This document shows, one piece after another, positions 38,901 through 63,868 of a stretch of DNA of 64,000 nucleotides. The stretch spans positions 4,030,001 to 4,094,000 of the forward strand of contig CM022665.1 in the NCBI GenBank assembly GCA_012295275.1. The letters are read 5' to 3'. Origin of the DNA: Chrysomallon squamiferum. Its lineage: Eukaryota > Animalia > Mollusca. The notes beneath the pieces are model-generated. The model was not told the DNA's origin. It saw only the letters and a list, made by a program, of their open reading frames with translations, and did not search any database. A program made the translations under genes and the position numbers. Numbering within the stretch: position 1 is the stretch's first letter; every line of letters starts with the position of its first letter.

Positions 38901-41900
38901 TCGATAAAAACGGACGCGCTGAAATAATGAAAGAAAAACTGCGCAAAGAACCTAAATAATATTATTTATTTTATTTCCTTTCTATATGACCGCAGTAACT
39001 TACAATTTTACTATAATTTTATTATATATACTATAATTATAAAATGTACATATATAAATTTAAAATATTTAGTTTATTTTGTTGCTTTTGCTAGGATACA
39101 AACAAAATTGATTCCTGATTGCCCAACGTTACGCACTTTACGTGATATTGTTAACATATAAAAAGAAACATTCCGTTTTAATAAATATATATTGTGTATA
39201 GCTTCTAAAGTTACCGTAGGATTTAATATTGAAAATAACGAAATGCTTTTCTGACTGAAAGGTCGTATCTTTAAAATAAAGAAACTGTGTTTATTGATTT
39301 TTGTTTCAGAACTCGTATTCACAAATAAAATAAATGAACAAACGAATGAATAATAATAATAATGTCATTGTGGCACAGCTACCAGAATTACAGGCAGTCT
39401 GGCCTTAAGATATAACCCATCCATTTAAATTACTCTGTCTGAGCTTTCGCAGACGACAAAGAAGATAATAATGCCATATAAAAATTGTATTTAATGTTCG
39501 AATTTAATTGTCACTATTTAAACATGAGCAAATTCCTAATATGACACATAATTTTCTAACAGAAGATATAAACATTAAAAATTTAAAGTTTTCTTGCAAA
39601 AATGTTTTTTATGTAACTTCAACTACATGTGTGTATAACAGCTTGTACCAGAATTTCAAAATTTAAATTTATAATGTATTGAACATTTTCTAAAATGGTT
39701 TTAACAAATTTGTTAATTATACATGATCGTTCTTTGAAACACTTGAAATGAAGTTTTAACGATGCGTCAGAAGTTATAGGCGAAAAGAAGTCGACAAACA
39801 ACATGTTATTTCCGTATCCGCTAACATATTTGTCGTCCTGAGGATGTTGAAAGTAAAATAATAAACAGGTAACTAGGTTAAAGTATATCATTATCAGTAT
39901 ATTGTTTAGTTTGTTGTCAGTTATTAATCGACAGATAAAAAATTCGGTTGAGATAAATAATTATTTTTATCACAAGGAAAATTAGTCCAAATGAGTATAC
40001 TATAGTAAATATTCAAATTCAAAAAGTTGAAAAACAGAATTAATTTAAAATTAAACGAAGGTACTCGTACTGGATCCTGACAAACTTGGTATTGATAGAA
40101 ACAACATATTCAGTTTGATATTTTTTCCTTCATAATGTATGAAAAAACGGATTTGTCTCTGACATTTTGCAACATAAATACAGAATATCTCATATACCTG
40201 TATACAGTGTTACGAGTGTATTATATGTCAAAATTTAGCTTTTGATGAGTTATAAAGCTACACAGTACTTTTAAGCTAGTTGCTAATACTCATGAATTAT
40301 AATTGATCGCATTAATTATCTCAAATGTACCTTATGCCTTAATTATGCAATTCTCAAAAACTCAACAGAAATTAAATCAGTACGCAACAAGATTTTTTTT
40401 CTAGACTGATGAATTGTATAGGACTTTATATTTAAGTATTTTGTTAACATTAATTTTTACCAGTTAATTAATAGCATTAATTAGTGTTTATTTGCCTTAT
40501 CCCTTCATTATACAGCTCTAACATTTCCAGAAAAATCGGACCAATGTACATGAATTATATCTGAAAATATAATTTTTGATAGGTTTAGAACCATCATACA
40601 CAATCTTTGCAGTATGCCACATAAATACTTGGTCATTCAATAAAATTAACAAAATGTTAAACTTATATGATATCAGCTGTGGCTGCATTGTTTTTATTTC
40701 CATCATTTTCTGAGAACACCACAAATTTTGGTATCCAAAATTTACTGTCTGTCTATTTGTATGAAATTTGGCAGTCTGTGAGAGAAATGCATAATTTGTA
40801 ATTTGTTTTGGATTTAAAGTCTCAAGTAAGCTTACCTTGTAAAATTTCTCTGTTGATTCTCTGTCAAAAAATAAATACTGTGATGAAGCAGAATATGTAT
40901 GCTATGTCATATTTGTTGTTTTATGAAATTATGTAAAAATAATGATGAAGTAGAAGTGCAAGTGAGAGAACTGTCTTCAAGGTAAGCAAAAACACATCAT
41001 AACAATCAAGCAACCTTCCACAGTGGCACATTTATGTCTTTTGTCACATACCTACTTATTTTCTATTGTTTTTACATGTAACTTGAACAAAAGTGACCCT
41101 GAAGACAATGAAATTTAGAGAAACAGCCATAATGTCTTCATTTTTCTATAATTCTAAAACAAGGCTACAGAGGAATATGTCGACAGTGTTATCATAGAAT
41201 TGTCTTCTGATTTGCAAACAGACTGCCAGGGACAGAAATAAGTGATAACATTCTAAACGCACTTGTCAGTAATGAGACATAGCATTGTCACATAAATATG
41301 GCAAGTGCACTTTTTCCAGAATGAATTAGAAAACATACTCATATATAGATTTCCATCTGACTGCATGATACTGAAATTAAATATGTAAATTTTCTTCAGG
41401 TTATGAAAAGAATATTTTTGATGCATAACATTCAGGTGATTCTATGGTTCTTTAATAAAAAAAACTGAAAATTTGTTTGAATGAAGTTATAAAATTGTTG
41501 TTTTTGGGGGATTTTTTTCCAAAATTTTGTTCAAGCAAAATTACACAGAAAGAAACACAAGCAAGGTGATCTGAGTGCAACATGCTGCAGCCAATGTTTA
41601 TCATTTTTGGCTTGGAAATTTTGTGACATCAATTTTGGGCTGTGAAAACTGATATTGGCATACCTAATTACTGACTTAGACCTTTGGGATAGTCATGTAG
41701 TTAGTTGTTTAGAGAGTTTATTTTAAGAATGTGGATTATTTAATATTCAGTTTTGTAAGTGCATCACAATAGGTATGCCAAAAAAAAAAAAATGAAGTTA
41801 GTCTGATTCTGTTCTTATTCATTAACATTTCAGATGATAACAAGATGTTTATGATTAGTCAGTTATTACAAAAGTTGCAATATTTTATTTAATTAAAAAA

Positions 41901-42687
41901 AATCAGAGGCATTTTTCTAAACACAAATATCTTTAATATTAATATTTGACCATTTTCTGGGAGACTTGAAGTTAAAGTAATCATAATTTTACAAGAATGA
42001 AAACAATGTAACAGAACGAAAATTCTCAACAAAAATTGCTTGAGATAACATACCCAAAATGGATTAGAATGTAACTTAACATGCAATGGCTTATTCACAT
42101 ATGCATAAACTAAACATTTAATACCCTGAAGTGGAAGTAAAATAAACACCCAATCAAATGGCAGTACTTTGATCAGGTGACCTAACTTACGGCGATAATA
42201 ATTTGTTTAAAAGCAATACCACCAAATCATGTTTTGTTTTCCCCAGGAGGTTGAAAACAGTTCATGTTCAATTGATTTTGATGATGATATTAAGTCTCTA
42301 AAGTGGTTTTATTGTAGAAAACTTAAAAATGGACAAACAACAACACTCTGGAACATGGGTAGGTTTACTATAATTTCACATACTAAAATCTGTCAAGGTT
42401 TAAAGAAATTTTTTAATCATCTTTTTGAAATAACTCTTTTCCAAACTTTTTTTTCTCTACAGAATTCAGCTGAGATGAAAACAAAAGTGTGTCACAAATA
42501 TGTTCCAAAACTTTCCATTTTCATTTTTGAATATTGTGTTACTGACATTTTTCTGTTTTTCTGAATATTGCATGTGGACCTTTTTTTTTTTTTTAATGCA
42601 CGTTGTTTCAAGAAACAAAAAAGGAGCATATGATGACTATTTTTTCCCTTTTTTTTTTCTCACAGTAAGAATGATTTAAAGAAGAAA

Positions 42688-52280
<9,593 letters not shown>

Positions 52281-53387
52281 TACGTTAATTTTATCACTTT
52301 GCAAAAGATTCTCAGAAACACGTGGACTATTACATCTGGCACATTATTTTGGGATTTTGCAAACATTCTCAGAAACATCTGGACTGTCTAGAACATTGTT
52401 ACAAGATTTTTGAAAATTCTAAGATATACTTGCATTATTTGATATTTATTCCAGAAGTTTGAAAAAAAAAAAAAAAAAAATGTTTGAACTGTTCTAAGAA
52501 ATATTTTCTCTGTCTATAACATTGTTTCAAGATTTTTCAGATGTTCTAAGAAATACTTGCTCCATCTAGTACACTAAGATTTTGCAATAATTCCCAGAAA
52601 TACTTGTATTATCTAGTGGTATACTAGTATTAACTGTGATTATCTGTGATAACACACTATTGTCCCATTTGCTAATTTGTTATGCGATGCTTTCATCATT
52701 TTCATTTTTAATATTTTACTCTCTAAATAAAATGTTTTAGCTTATTGATTAGTTTGTCAATGTGGACACTAGATATATTTGTTTAAATTTATGTAGCTAA
52801 ATTAATAACCATTTCAAAGCAGTTTTTATAGTTGCAGGTAGAGAATACGATATTCTGGCATGCTGCTTTTTTTATATTGTATAATGTATGTTTAAAACAC
52901 TATTTATTTTTTATTGGCTTTGAAATTATTATTCACATTGTATCAGAGTATATTTGCCTTCATTTACATTAACAAAGTTATTCATTTTTCAGTATGTAAT
53001 TCTGCTGTCTTTTATATAATGACTTGAAATGGTATTTGTTTTCTTCAGTGAAAACTGTTCTGTGAAATCTTGGTATGCATTCCACTCAAAAGGTTGTGAA
53101 ATATTTTTTACTGGAAAATATACCTGAATCATTCAGTGAATGTGTGTGTGACATAACACTTTTCAGTTGACCTCGCTAAAGGTGCTCGAGAATTTTTTTT
53201 TTTTTTTTAAATTTTATAGTAATTAAATATTTATTTGTTGTCAAATAACTTACTTCATTGTTGTTAGTGATATTTATTGAATATTAATGTGGTTTTTTTC
53301 ATGTTTTTTTACTTTTTAATTAAACAGTTTTAGAATATTTTTGTAAGTAGAATGAAGATTACTTACCTACATTTCTACTGATAAATA

Positions 53388-53976
53388 CACACTCCTCACT
53401 TAATGACCTATCTGTTGACAGTACTGACTTATGCCTATCTCTTTGACCACTTGGTAGTGTAAACCATGAGAACTTTGGTCATTGAAATGCAGTGCAGTGT
53501 CTCATTGTTTTAAGCATGTTATCTAGTATTATTCATTCTCATTCATTCCTTCAATCTGTCAGTATTGACTTCACTAGCATTCACAATCTCCAAGTTTACT
53601 TATTACATCCATGAATTTGTAACTTAACTTCACGGAACAAGATATAATTTTAGCTATGTTGTGTAATATGTAAGAATTATGCAAATTTAAACAAAGTTAT
53701 CAACTTGGAGTTTCCTTTAAAATAAATAAAAAAGGTTATGCATATTTACAGTAATGTACTGCTAGAGTTAATTTCTTCTGTAATATACATTTAAAATCAT
53801 TAAATATTCCTGTTTGAAGGTGACACTAAAACAATATTTACAGATGGTTGACACTGACCCACTACCAGTATGCTGTACTTCAGATAAAGGTATGGGGCAA
53901 CTTCTGGCTTCTTGACCAATTGATTCAGTGACCTATTAGTACAAACGGAACTTGATCATTAAGTGAGGACTGTCTG
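53388..53976. mobile_element. Tigger/pogo (Tc1-mariner)-like MITE (about 590 bp)
   Basis: Perfect 14-bp inverted repeat TCCTCACTTAATGA (53393-53406) and TCATTAAGTGAGGA (53956-53969). The right end reads CAGACAGTCCTCACTTAA in reverse complement, and TA flanks both sides. Confidence 0.6.
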
Positions 53977-54416
53977 TATTTTTGAATTTATAAATACATT
54001 TCTAAATTATATATTGTTTATATGCTATAATTATTTTTTATCTGTAGTAAACTCCCTCCAAATTGTATTTTAATTTTTACATTCTTTTTTTTCTGGTACA
54101 TTAAATTTTGTTCTTTTAATTTTTAATAAAATAATAAAAAATATCAGATGTTACATTTATTTCATTCTTGTAAGTCTTAATGTTCACTGGTCTCTGTATG
54201 GAAGCCAAATCTGTAACTTAGAACTGTTTTTCATTCTGTAATACCTACAGTTTTCTACATTGTAATTAGAAAAAATATTCAGTGTTGAGGATATAAAAAG
54301 AACATTTTTAATGAAGGCTGCCTTAAAATATATTCCATCCTGCTATTACCATTCTTTCCTTTTTTTTTTTTTTTTTAACTTTTTACATTCCAGGTGAATG
54401 TCTTTTAATGTTGAAA

Positions 54417-54457
<41 letters not shown>

Positions 54458-54529
54458 TGAAAAAACTAAAGATTATTCCATTAGTACTGCTTTCATCTGT
54501 ATTCATGCTTAATTATTTACATGTAACAG

Positions 54530-54930
54530 TAATTTGTAAAATAAGATCATTTTGTGGCCATATTATATTATTTAGTAAAATAAAAACATTTACTAATTAT
54601 TCTGTCCATTTCCACTGCTTTTATTTGTGATGTAATAAATATGTGGTTTATTTGTGACACGAATTTGTGAAGTTGTAGCATTTTGTGGTCATTTAGTAAA
54701 ATAAAAACATTCAGTAACTATTCCGTCCATTTTCAGTGCATTTATTTATTTTCAATAAATCTGTTGTTTGTTTATCTCTAACATTAATTTGTAAAATGAG
54801 AGCATTTTGTGACCATTTTAATTAGTAAATTCAAAACATTTAATAGCTTTTCAAAAATAATTTGTTAAATCAAAGCACTTGATGGCAAAATTAAGTAACT
54901 GATTTGTAAAATTCAAAGTATTTGTGGCTG
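54530..54930. repeat. Degenerate tandem repeat (~130-bp unit plus shorter sub-units)
   Basis: AATTTGT..AA....CATTTTGTGG..CAT...TAGTAAAATAAAAACATT...GTCCATTT recurs at about 54530, 54661 and 54786, with partial copies at about 54858 and 54900. Confidence 0.75.
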
Positions 54931-55526
54931 TTGTGATTAGAAAATGAATGTTTTGAGTCAAATCTTTAAGTGTGTGGGTTTTTTTTTTTTTTTTATATAA
55001 TAATGTGGGGGTATTTTATTTTATTTTATGTTTATTTTATATTTTTATATTTTTATTGGGTTTTTTTTGGGGGGGGGGAGAGGTTATATAAATTAATACC
55101 ATTATTTTCTGCTGGTTTAATGTATTTTAATAACTGACTTTGACATAGACTGACAGACTGGATTTCAGTCACACTATAACAGGCCATGGATTTGTAGTTT
55201 CCTAAATATTCTTTATGACTGCTGATAAAAACATTTTAAAATAATAACAAACAGATGTGTAATATTAATATATTATTTATTTTTTAATATATTTATTTCA
55301 TTACAGATTCAACAAGATATATGTTCAACAACTGACATAATATCTAAAAAGTTAATTTTATATATCTTTCTAAACAAAACCAGTGCAATATGACTGAAGT
55401 AACAAGAAAAAATAAAGGCCAACCACTGTCACTGTGTTTTTAGTTTTTATTACAAAAAAACTACACTTGTATCAACATTTTTATTTATTTATTTATTTAT
55501 TTATTTATTTTTTTTTATTTTTATTA

Positions 55527-55560
<34 letters not shown>

Positions 55561-58127
55561 TTTTTTTTTTTTTTTATTATTTTGCTCTTTTTTTTTCAGT
55601 TCAGTATTTTCCTACAATAAACTGAGTAATTAGGGGCCTTCATTATTTTCTTGTTTGCAGGGTTGAAAGTATAAAGATTTCTATTGCAACAAACAGAACA
55701 ACAGATAAAATATATAGATTAAAAAGTAACAAAAGTAATAATATATTGCAATGTATATACTTGTAAGCAGTAAGAAGAGAAAATATATATAAATAAAAAT
55801 ACTACAAACAAGAAACAAATAATTTTAAACATTTTTTTTGTTTTTTGTTAATAAGATTTATGCTAAAATACATTTATATAATTATTAGGATTACAGCATA
55901 TTATAATAAATTTAATGTTAATATAAAAAATCTTGTGTACAGAAATCTATTATAGGAAGAGACTCATCTAATTTTAGAACTTTCAAATTTGTCTACTTAT
56001 ACTTCTTTTTCTTATAAATTATTAGTGTTCTTAGATGTCTTCTTATACTTATATTAATATTCTTATAACTTATATACTTATTATTCGTATATGGCTCCTA
56101 CTTCTTATTTTTCCTTCTACGTTTTATACATACTATTCTTCTTCTATGTCTTAAACTTACTGTTATAAATCTTATAAATCTTCTTCTTCTTCTTCTTCTT
56201 CTTATTATTATTACTTTATTTATATCATTTTCATATTTTACATTTTTTATTTATAAAAGATTCGTATCTGAAACAAGTTAAACATAAATCTGTCATCTAA
56301 TGCTATTTTTAGAGGACATTTATCTGACCTGCCATTTTCTTAATTGCAGGAACTAAATGTAATATACAATATAAAACCTTAACATGAACGAAAAATATCA
56401 CAGACAAATGCATAATAATATTTTGTCAATAACAAAAAGTATCATGTTCTAAATATACAAACAACATGTACTTGAAAAACTATATAAAACAGTTACAGGT
56501 ATATATAGTCAATATTGACTTACATGGTGCCTCATTAAGTGACTTCATTAAGCAAAAATATCAAATGGTAAGGCTATACATCGATTTTCTAATAATACAG
56601 CATTACTACTACACAAAACATCTTAAATGCCATAAAGTCTTTTAATGTAAAGATTCCACACAAGGAATGAATTCTTGCCTGATGATGTCAAAAAAGACAT
56701 TACATCTTCAGTTTTGATTTGACGTAAGGCATTTGGTCTTGACTTGTGATTCTGTGTAAGGCATTTTAATTCATGTAAGACATTAGAATTTTAGGATTCC
56801 ACATAAAGTTGAACATATTCTTCATTTTACATTAAATGTAGGGATTTGTGATTTCACACAAAATTTATTTTATGAAATTCCACAATAGACATCATATTTT
56901 TACACAAAGAATATTGAAATTTTGCCACAAAAGGCATTGATATTTTAAAACAAAAAAACAATATTTTCTACAAGGAATCAAGCTTGATACTGCAATGAAT
57001 CCATACTGAAACACATAATCTGTGGATATAATCATTTTTAAAAATGATGATAGATTTCATCATCAAAATATTCTTTCACTGTTGTGCATTTCCACAGTAA
57101 AAACATCATGTTTGAGCTGATATAACTGTTTTAAGTAATTCGTCAAGCTGTCCAAGGTCTTAAAAAGCTGTTCAAGTTATTTTTTTTTGTAACACTGTAT
57201 TTCATATTTCACATAGTTGTCACCATTTCTCAAAGAATGTTTCTGAGCTTAGTAATTCACTAATGTGAAATATATTAATGTAAATGATTTCTATATCTAC
57301 TTTTGGTGAGTAATAATAATATCATTTATTGTTTCATTTTGTTTTATATATGTATTTTTTAAATTGTGTTTTCAAATTTTTCTTTTTTGTCTTGAAGCAT
57401 ATGTTTTTCTTTATAAATTTTAGATAATATGAACTGCAGGGCAAGAATAATAATAATTAAAAAAATTATTTAATAAAAATAATAAAAATATTTAAAACAA
57501 ATTTGATCATGTCACCTTATTTATAATTAAAAAGCAACAACAAAAACAAACAAAACAAAAGAAAACCATCAAACAAAATAATAAAAAAAAGAAAGAAAAA
57601 GAAGAAGATAAAAGTTATTAATACATTTTCTGCAACAGAAAACAATAATAAACATTTAATGATAGATCACATTCCCTTCTTCACCAAAAAATATCACTTT
57701 CCTAATACTTTTTTTTAAAAACAAAAGAACCCCAACATTTGTTATAAAAATAATTTTAAAACTGAAACCTTTCCATTATTGCCCCAGCAATAATCATACT
57801 TAAATCAAGCTACATATAATTTCCTTTAAAATCTCAGCAATAACTTTGTCAAAATCAAAATACATGTAATTCTCTTTTAACGACAGATTTCTCTAAATCA
57901 AGACATACATAATCTCTATGTTACATCTCCAACAAACTATGAAACTTAATATTTTTAAATACCTCACGACGAAAATAACAAATATCTTTAAAACATGAAG
58001 CATACAACCTCGTCAAACTATAACTAGTCTGATACAAAAATGCAGGCTCTCTGGTTTTCACATTCAGAAAATGTAAAATTGGTTCCATAATGTAGATAAA
58101 CAAAACTGAATCTTGAACAAAATGGTT

Positions 58128-58780
58128 TCAGCTGGCAGGAGCTTCTCCTGACGTAGTTGCGTCCCCTGTTTCTGCAGCCGGTTTTGGTTTTGGTTTTGGT
58201 TTCCCAGCCGGTTTCTTTTTCTTGGGATCTTCACCCATAAGCCTGATGATGTATTGAAAAAAGAGAAAAGAATGAATAACAAATGTTAAGAAGACATGTT
58301 TGTATAACAAACATTTGAATTTTAAACATTATTTGATTAATTTGAATTAGGTAGGCCTACGTATCTTTTAATTAACTGTTTGATGGGATTACTACCTGGT
58401 AAATAGTTTTCGATCTATTGTCTAATGAATGTCTAATTATTAAATGATATAAATAAAAACTGAAAAGTGTTGTGTATATAATAAAAGAAATAAATAAAAG
58501 TAAAACTTACCTGCAGTATGTTTCTCTCGGCCACTGAACAAAGTACGAAAACACCCATGGTTTTGTCATTCCCTGACTGTGTCGTATTTTGTCCAGATGT
58601 AACCGGTTTTCAAGATTTTTCTCTCGTCGCAGCATGGCCCATTCTCGACGTCGCTCAATTTCTTGGTTCAGAGTTTCTCGGGCAATTGCCTCCAGTCTTT
58701 GCAACTGAATATAAGTTCGATTGTTAATGCTTACTTTCAGATTTATGTAATCACAGTGTGAAATAGTGTGTGTGTATATA

Positions 58781-58866
<86 letters not shown>

Positions 58867-59711
58867 GACAGACACACAGATATAAATAAACACATACATA
58901 TAATTAATTCAATTCAAGTTTATATATATATATATATATTATTGCTGACTATTTTTATTTATTTTTTTATTTATTTATTTATAAAGAAAGAAATGAAGGA
59001 TTGATGAAAGAAAAACAGAAAGAAATGAAAAAGACAAAAAAACTAAAAAAAGAAAAAGAAAGAATAAACAGAATGAACAGAAGAATAAAGAAAAAAGGAT
59101 AGGAGGAAGATAAAAAAAAAAAAAATTAAGAAGAAAACAACAAAAAAAAAAAAAAAAAAAAAAAAAACTGAAACAAAGGAAACAAACAAGACAAAGAATG
59201 AAAATTTGATGCATTACCTCTTCCAGTCTTCTTTTTTCTTCTTCTTTTAATTTCTTTTCCTCTTCTTCTTTTTGAAATTGTTCTTCTTCAAGTCTTTTCT
59301 CTTCCTCCATAATTAGTTCTCTAAATAAGCAACAATAACAATGAACTTAAGACTTAAAATTTAAAAATAAACTAACACAGAAATCTATAAAAGTAATAAC
59401 AGTCGCCCATAGCAACTGATGACATCATAAACATTGCTGTTCCTGCATCCTCTTCATACATTTTGTAAAATAGCAATGAAACAGATTAATGTAGCTTAAA
59501 ATGTTCTTAACTGTTTAACTATCTAAAAAAAATGGAAAAAGGAAAACAGACTGAGATGGTAAGGAAAAAAACAACAACAATAACAACCAAATAATTACAA
59601 TACTGATGCTTTTATCTTCCATTTTGTTTTGTTTGTTTGTGAGTGGGGTTGCATTAATGGTTATTTATTTATTTATTTATTTATTAAGATATACTAATTT
59701 ACTTAAGAATT

Positions 59712-59742
<31 letters not shown>

Positions 59743-62384
59743 CTAAAATATTTTTATTAACTGGAACTGGAGAACAGAAATTAAAAGACCTAAATCATAA
59801 ATGATTGCAGATTATTATTATTATTATTTTTATCATCATTCATCATCATCATCATTGTCATTAATATTGTTGTTGTTGTTGTTGTTGTTTATTATTAAAT
59901 AGTTTTGAGCAGTGAAATTTTCATTTCAGATTATATTAAGTAAAAATAGATGTAATAATATTAACTGTTTTCTTCTTGCTTCTGCTTCTAGATGTCTCTG
60001 TTTCTCTGCTAGAGCCCATTTTTCCCGTTCTGCCTTTTCACGCTCCTCAACCAAGCGTTTCATTGCTTCTTCCTCAGCCTGAAACACAACACAGCATCGC
60101 ATTAATCAATAACATTATAATTATAAAAAAATAAAATATAATAATAATTTAAAAAAATAATAGGAACAACAATAGTAATAAATATAATTTATTATTTATT
60201 TGTCCTTAAAATACATTTTTGCTGACAATAAAATTTGACAGTGAAAGAGATTGATGCTGTTACTTCACTAATTTTCTTATATCATTTCAGTGAAACAGCT
60301 ATAAATAAATAAATAAATAAATAAATGAAATGAAATGAAATAATAATAAATATTGCTGATTAACTATGGGTTCAAGTTTTTTTGATATACTCGTCCTGTT
60401 GTAATTTTGTGTCATTTTATGTACACAGAGGCACACAGACACATACACATACCAACATATGTATATAAATACATGCATACACAAAGTAGGTACAGCTTAA
60501 AAGATGCAGCCTATTTAAACTAATTTCAGAAAATGAAGAAAGCATTACTAACCTCTTTCTCAAGTTCTCTCATTCGAATTTCATCTTCTTCTGCTTGAAG
60601 TTGAGCTTGTCGTAATTCTTCCTGTGTGAAGAAATAAAAAAAAAAAAAAAAAAATAAAAAAAAAAATAAAATAAAATAAAATAAATAAATATATGCATGC
60701 ATAAATCAATTATTAAATAAATCATGGAAAAATAAAAATATTCAAAATATAATAAAGAAAACACATATAACAGCACACTGGTGACTAGGGTCTAACCTTT
60801 GCTAACAATAAAATATAACATCCATCCAACCATCTATCCATTCAGCCATCCATCCATACATCCATCAATCTGTCCATCCACCTTTCCATCCATCCATCCA
60901 TCCTTCAATCCATCCATCCATCTTTCCATCCATCCATCCATCCTTCCCTCTATCCATACACAGATCTGCTTTACCTCAAACATTTCCTGAGCAACCTGTT
61001 CCTCCTCCTCTCTCCTTGCTTTCTCTTCCTCTTCTAACTGAGCTTTCATCTCTGCATCAGTTATCTGCATCAACATTTCTAGTTCTTTCTTCCTCGCCTC
61101 TTCCATCATGGCTCTCTGTTTCTCTCTCCTAGCGATTGCCTGCTGCTTCTTTCTCTCCAAGTCTTCCTTCCTTCGTCTCTCTCTCTCCTCGCGGTCGTAC
61201 TTGCGAGCCAGCTGCAGCTGTTGGTGGGCATCTTCTTCTGCTTGTCTAATTTCCTCCGCTTCTCTTTCGAGCTCTTCCATCCTTTCTTGTATCTCCTGTG
61301 ACAATGTTTTTAGAAATAAAGTAATTTAAAGAAATGGGCTTGTTTTTAAAAATGATTTTGTATTAGTAATAAATAAATAAATAAATAAAACAATAAATAA
61401 AAATAAAACAATCTGATGAATTTCCATTATACCATCTTCATTCTCTTTGTGTATATATATATATATTCTCAAAATCAAGTTTAAAAAAGTAATGACCATT
61501 CATTTATTCCGTCATTCATTTATTTGTTTATATCAATATATATATTTTATTTGATAAAAATCTGTGTTTATATATTCTGGACTTGGTTGGAGTGTCTACC
61601 TTGGCTTTCGTCTTCATTTCCTCCTCCTTGGCAATACGTTCTTCTTCTTTCTTGGCAATTTCCTCCTGAAGTCGACGAGCTTCTTCCAAACGTTTCTAAA
61701 ATTTTAAAATTGGAGACAAAAGCAATTCATTATGATTTTCTGCAAGAAAATAACAAAAGAAGTAACAAGAGGGAAAATGAATTATTTAATTTTTTTACAA
61801 TTTATTTTAGACAAAAAGATACAATCTAGGGGTTAAAGAAATAAAAAAAAAACAAAAAAATGAATGGAAATTTCAGAATGCTTGAAAATTAAAATAATAA
61901 TAATAATAATAATATTACTAAACTCAGTTACTCAAGACACATTTAAAAACATGAAAACTAACTTCATAAAAAAATCCAACATAATAAATAAATAATAAAT
62001 AAATAAAACTAATAATAATAATAATAATATAATAATAATAATATCAACAACAACAACAACAAAAAGAAAGAAGTTTAAAACTCATTTAAAATTCAAAAAA
62101 AGATTGTTTGAACTAACCATTTTATCCATTCTCTGTTTCTCTTTGATTGCCTCCCTTTCTCTGCGTATGTCTCTCTTCTCTTCTTCACTAGGCTGTGCAG
62201 CCTTTCTTCTTCCTTTCTTCCCTTGAGCTTGCTTCATCTTCGGTTTCTCAGGCTTCCTGGGTGTCTTGATTAAAACGTTTTCCATACGTTCTTTTGCTTC
62301 CTTCAGTCTGTCCTGAAATATTAAAAACAATATTTTATAGTATTTATTAATGTATTATATTATTATTATTATTATTATTATTAT

Positions 62385-62418
<34 letters not shown>

Positions 62419-62422
62419 TGTT

Positions 62423-62453
<31 letters not shown>

Positions 62454-62940
62454 CAGTAGTAGCAGTAGTAGCAGTAGTGGTCATAAGTAGTAATAGTAAA
62501 CGTGTTAGTAGTAATAGTGCTTGTAGTAATAGTTTTGGCAATATTAATACAAGTATAGTAGTAGTAGTAATAGTATTAGCAGTGGTAGTAGTAATAGTAA
62601 TAGTAGGAGTAGGGTATTTATTATTAATTTTCTTATTTATATATATATATATTTTTTTTAATAACAATAACCACTTTATATTAAGAATATTGCCCTTTAC
62701 TAATCATTTACACACTCTCACATCTACACACAAATACACACAAACACACATGATTATGTATCGGTATTACAGAAAGGTAGAAATGATAAAATAATGTAAT
62801 ACATCTGTGTATTGATACCTGTAGAGCTTCCTGAGCCAGCTGAAGCTCTTCAGAAGTGAGACCCTCTCCAAACTCTGTCTCCAGGGTGGGGCCAGACAGG
62901 GTACCAGATATAGCTTCATGCACTGATGTTATAAAATAAC

Positions 62941-62971
<31 letters not shown>

Positions 62972-63868
62972 TAAGCATCAGAAGAACAAACATGAAATAA
63001 TTTTGATCTTTTTTTTATTTAAAAAAAAAACATGTTACAAACAAAAATGTCATGATAAAGCAAAATTAATGCCAGAATTAATAAGTAAATAAAATAATAA
63101 AATGATGATGACAACAACAACAAGAAAAAGAAAATCAACATCAAGAAAAAAACAAACACAATAATTAATAAATAAATAAATAAATAATAGCAGTAATAAT
63201 AATTAGTAAAAGTAATAACTACTATAGAACAACAATAGAAAAAACAATAATAATAACAATAACAAAAAGAACAACCGCAATTAAAAGAACAGCAATAATA
63301 ACAGCAATAATAATAATAGCTACAATAATACAAAAAAAAAACACCCAAACATACAATAAGTAAATAAATAAATAAATAATACCAGCAACAACAAATATAA
63401 CAACACCACAATAACTGCAGCAAAAACAATAAAATAATAAATAAATAAATAATGACTGTACAATATAAATTATTAAATTTTTGATATTTTAGGAGAAACT
63501 TGAAGAAACAAAAAAAGAATGAACAGAAATCTTCTTCTTCTTCTTATTATTATTATTATTAATTTATTTAAATTATTTTCATATTTTACATTTTATATTT
63601 ATAAAAGATTCGTATCTGAAACAAGTTAAAACATAAATCTGCCATCCAATGCTGTTTGATCGAGACATGTTGGAAGAAACATACTTTGCATGATGTCTTC
63701 CTCCAGGTCCTGCGCAGACTGTGATGCACTGCGTCGCTGCATGACATCGGCGATGTGCTCCGGCAGAACGTCAGACTTTGTCTTGTCTTTCTTCGTCTCC
63801 ACGTGACGTGCTGGTGGTCTCTTCGGTTGCTGTGGTTTTTCTGGTTTTATCTCGGCTTTAGGCACTTC
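58128..63868 (-). CDS. KIAA2012: 3' portion of a KIAA2012-like (DUF4670-type) E/K/R-rich coiled-coil protein; 5' end outside window
   Basis: Exons 63868-63685, 62922-62819, 62312-62118, 61695-61600, 61295-60975, 60621-60553, 60078-59966, 59320-59218, 58704-58511, 58242-58128, all phase compatible. The long charged helix ends in [13 protein letters not shown], which resembles the KIAA2012 C-terminal RPWVYSYF motif (from memory). The gene structure is more certain than the name. Confidence 0.65.
60820..60957. repeat. Imperfect (ATCC)n tetranucleotide repeat
   Basis: Direct reading; intronic, and explains the WMDG tail of ORF 60834-61304. Confidence 0.92.
62350..62610. repeat. Compound (TAT)n/(TAG)n trinucleotide repeat
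   Basis: Direct reading; intronic. Confidence 0.92.
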
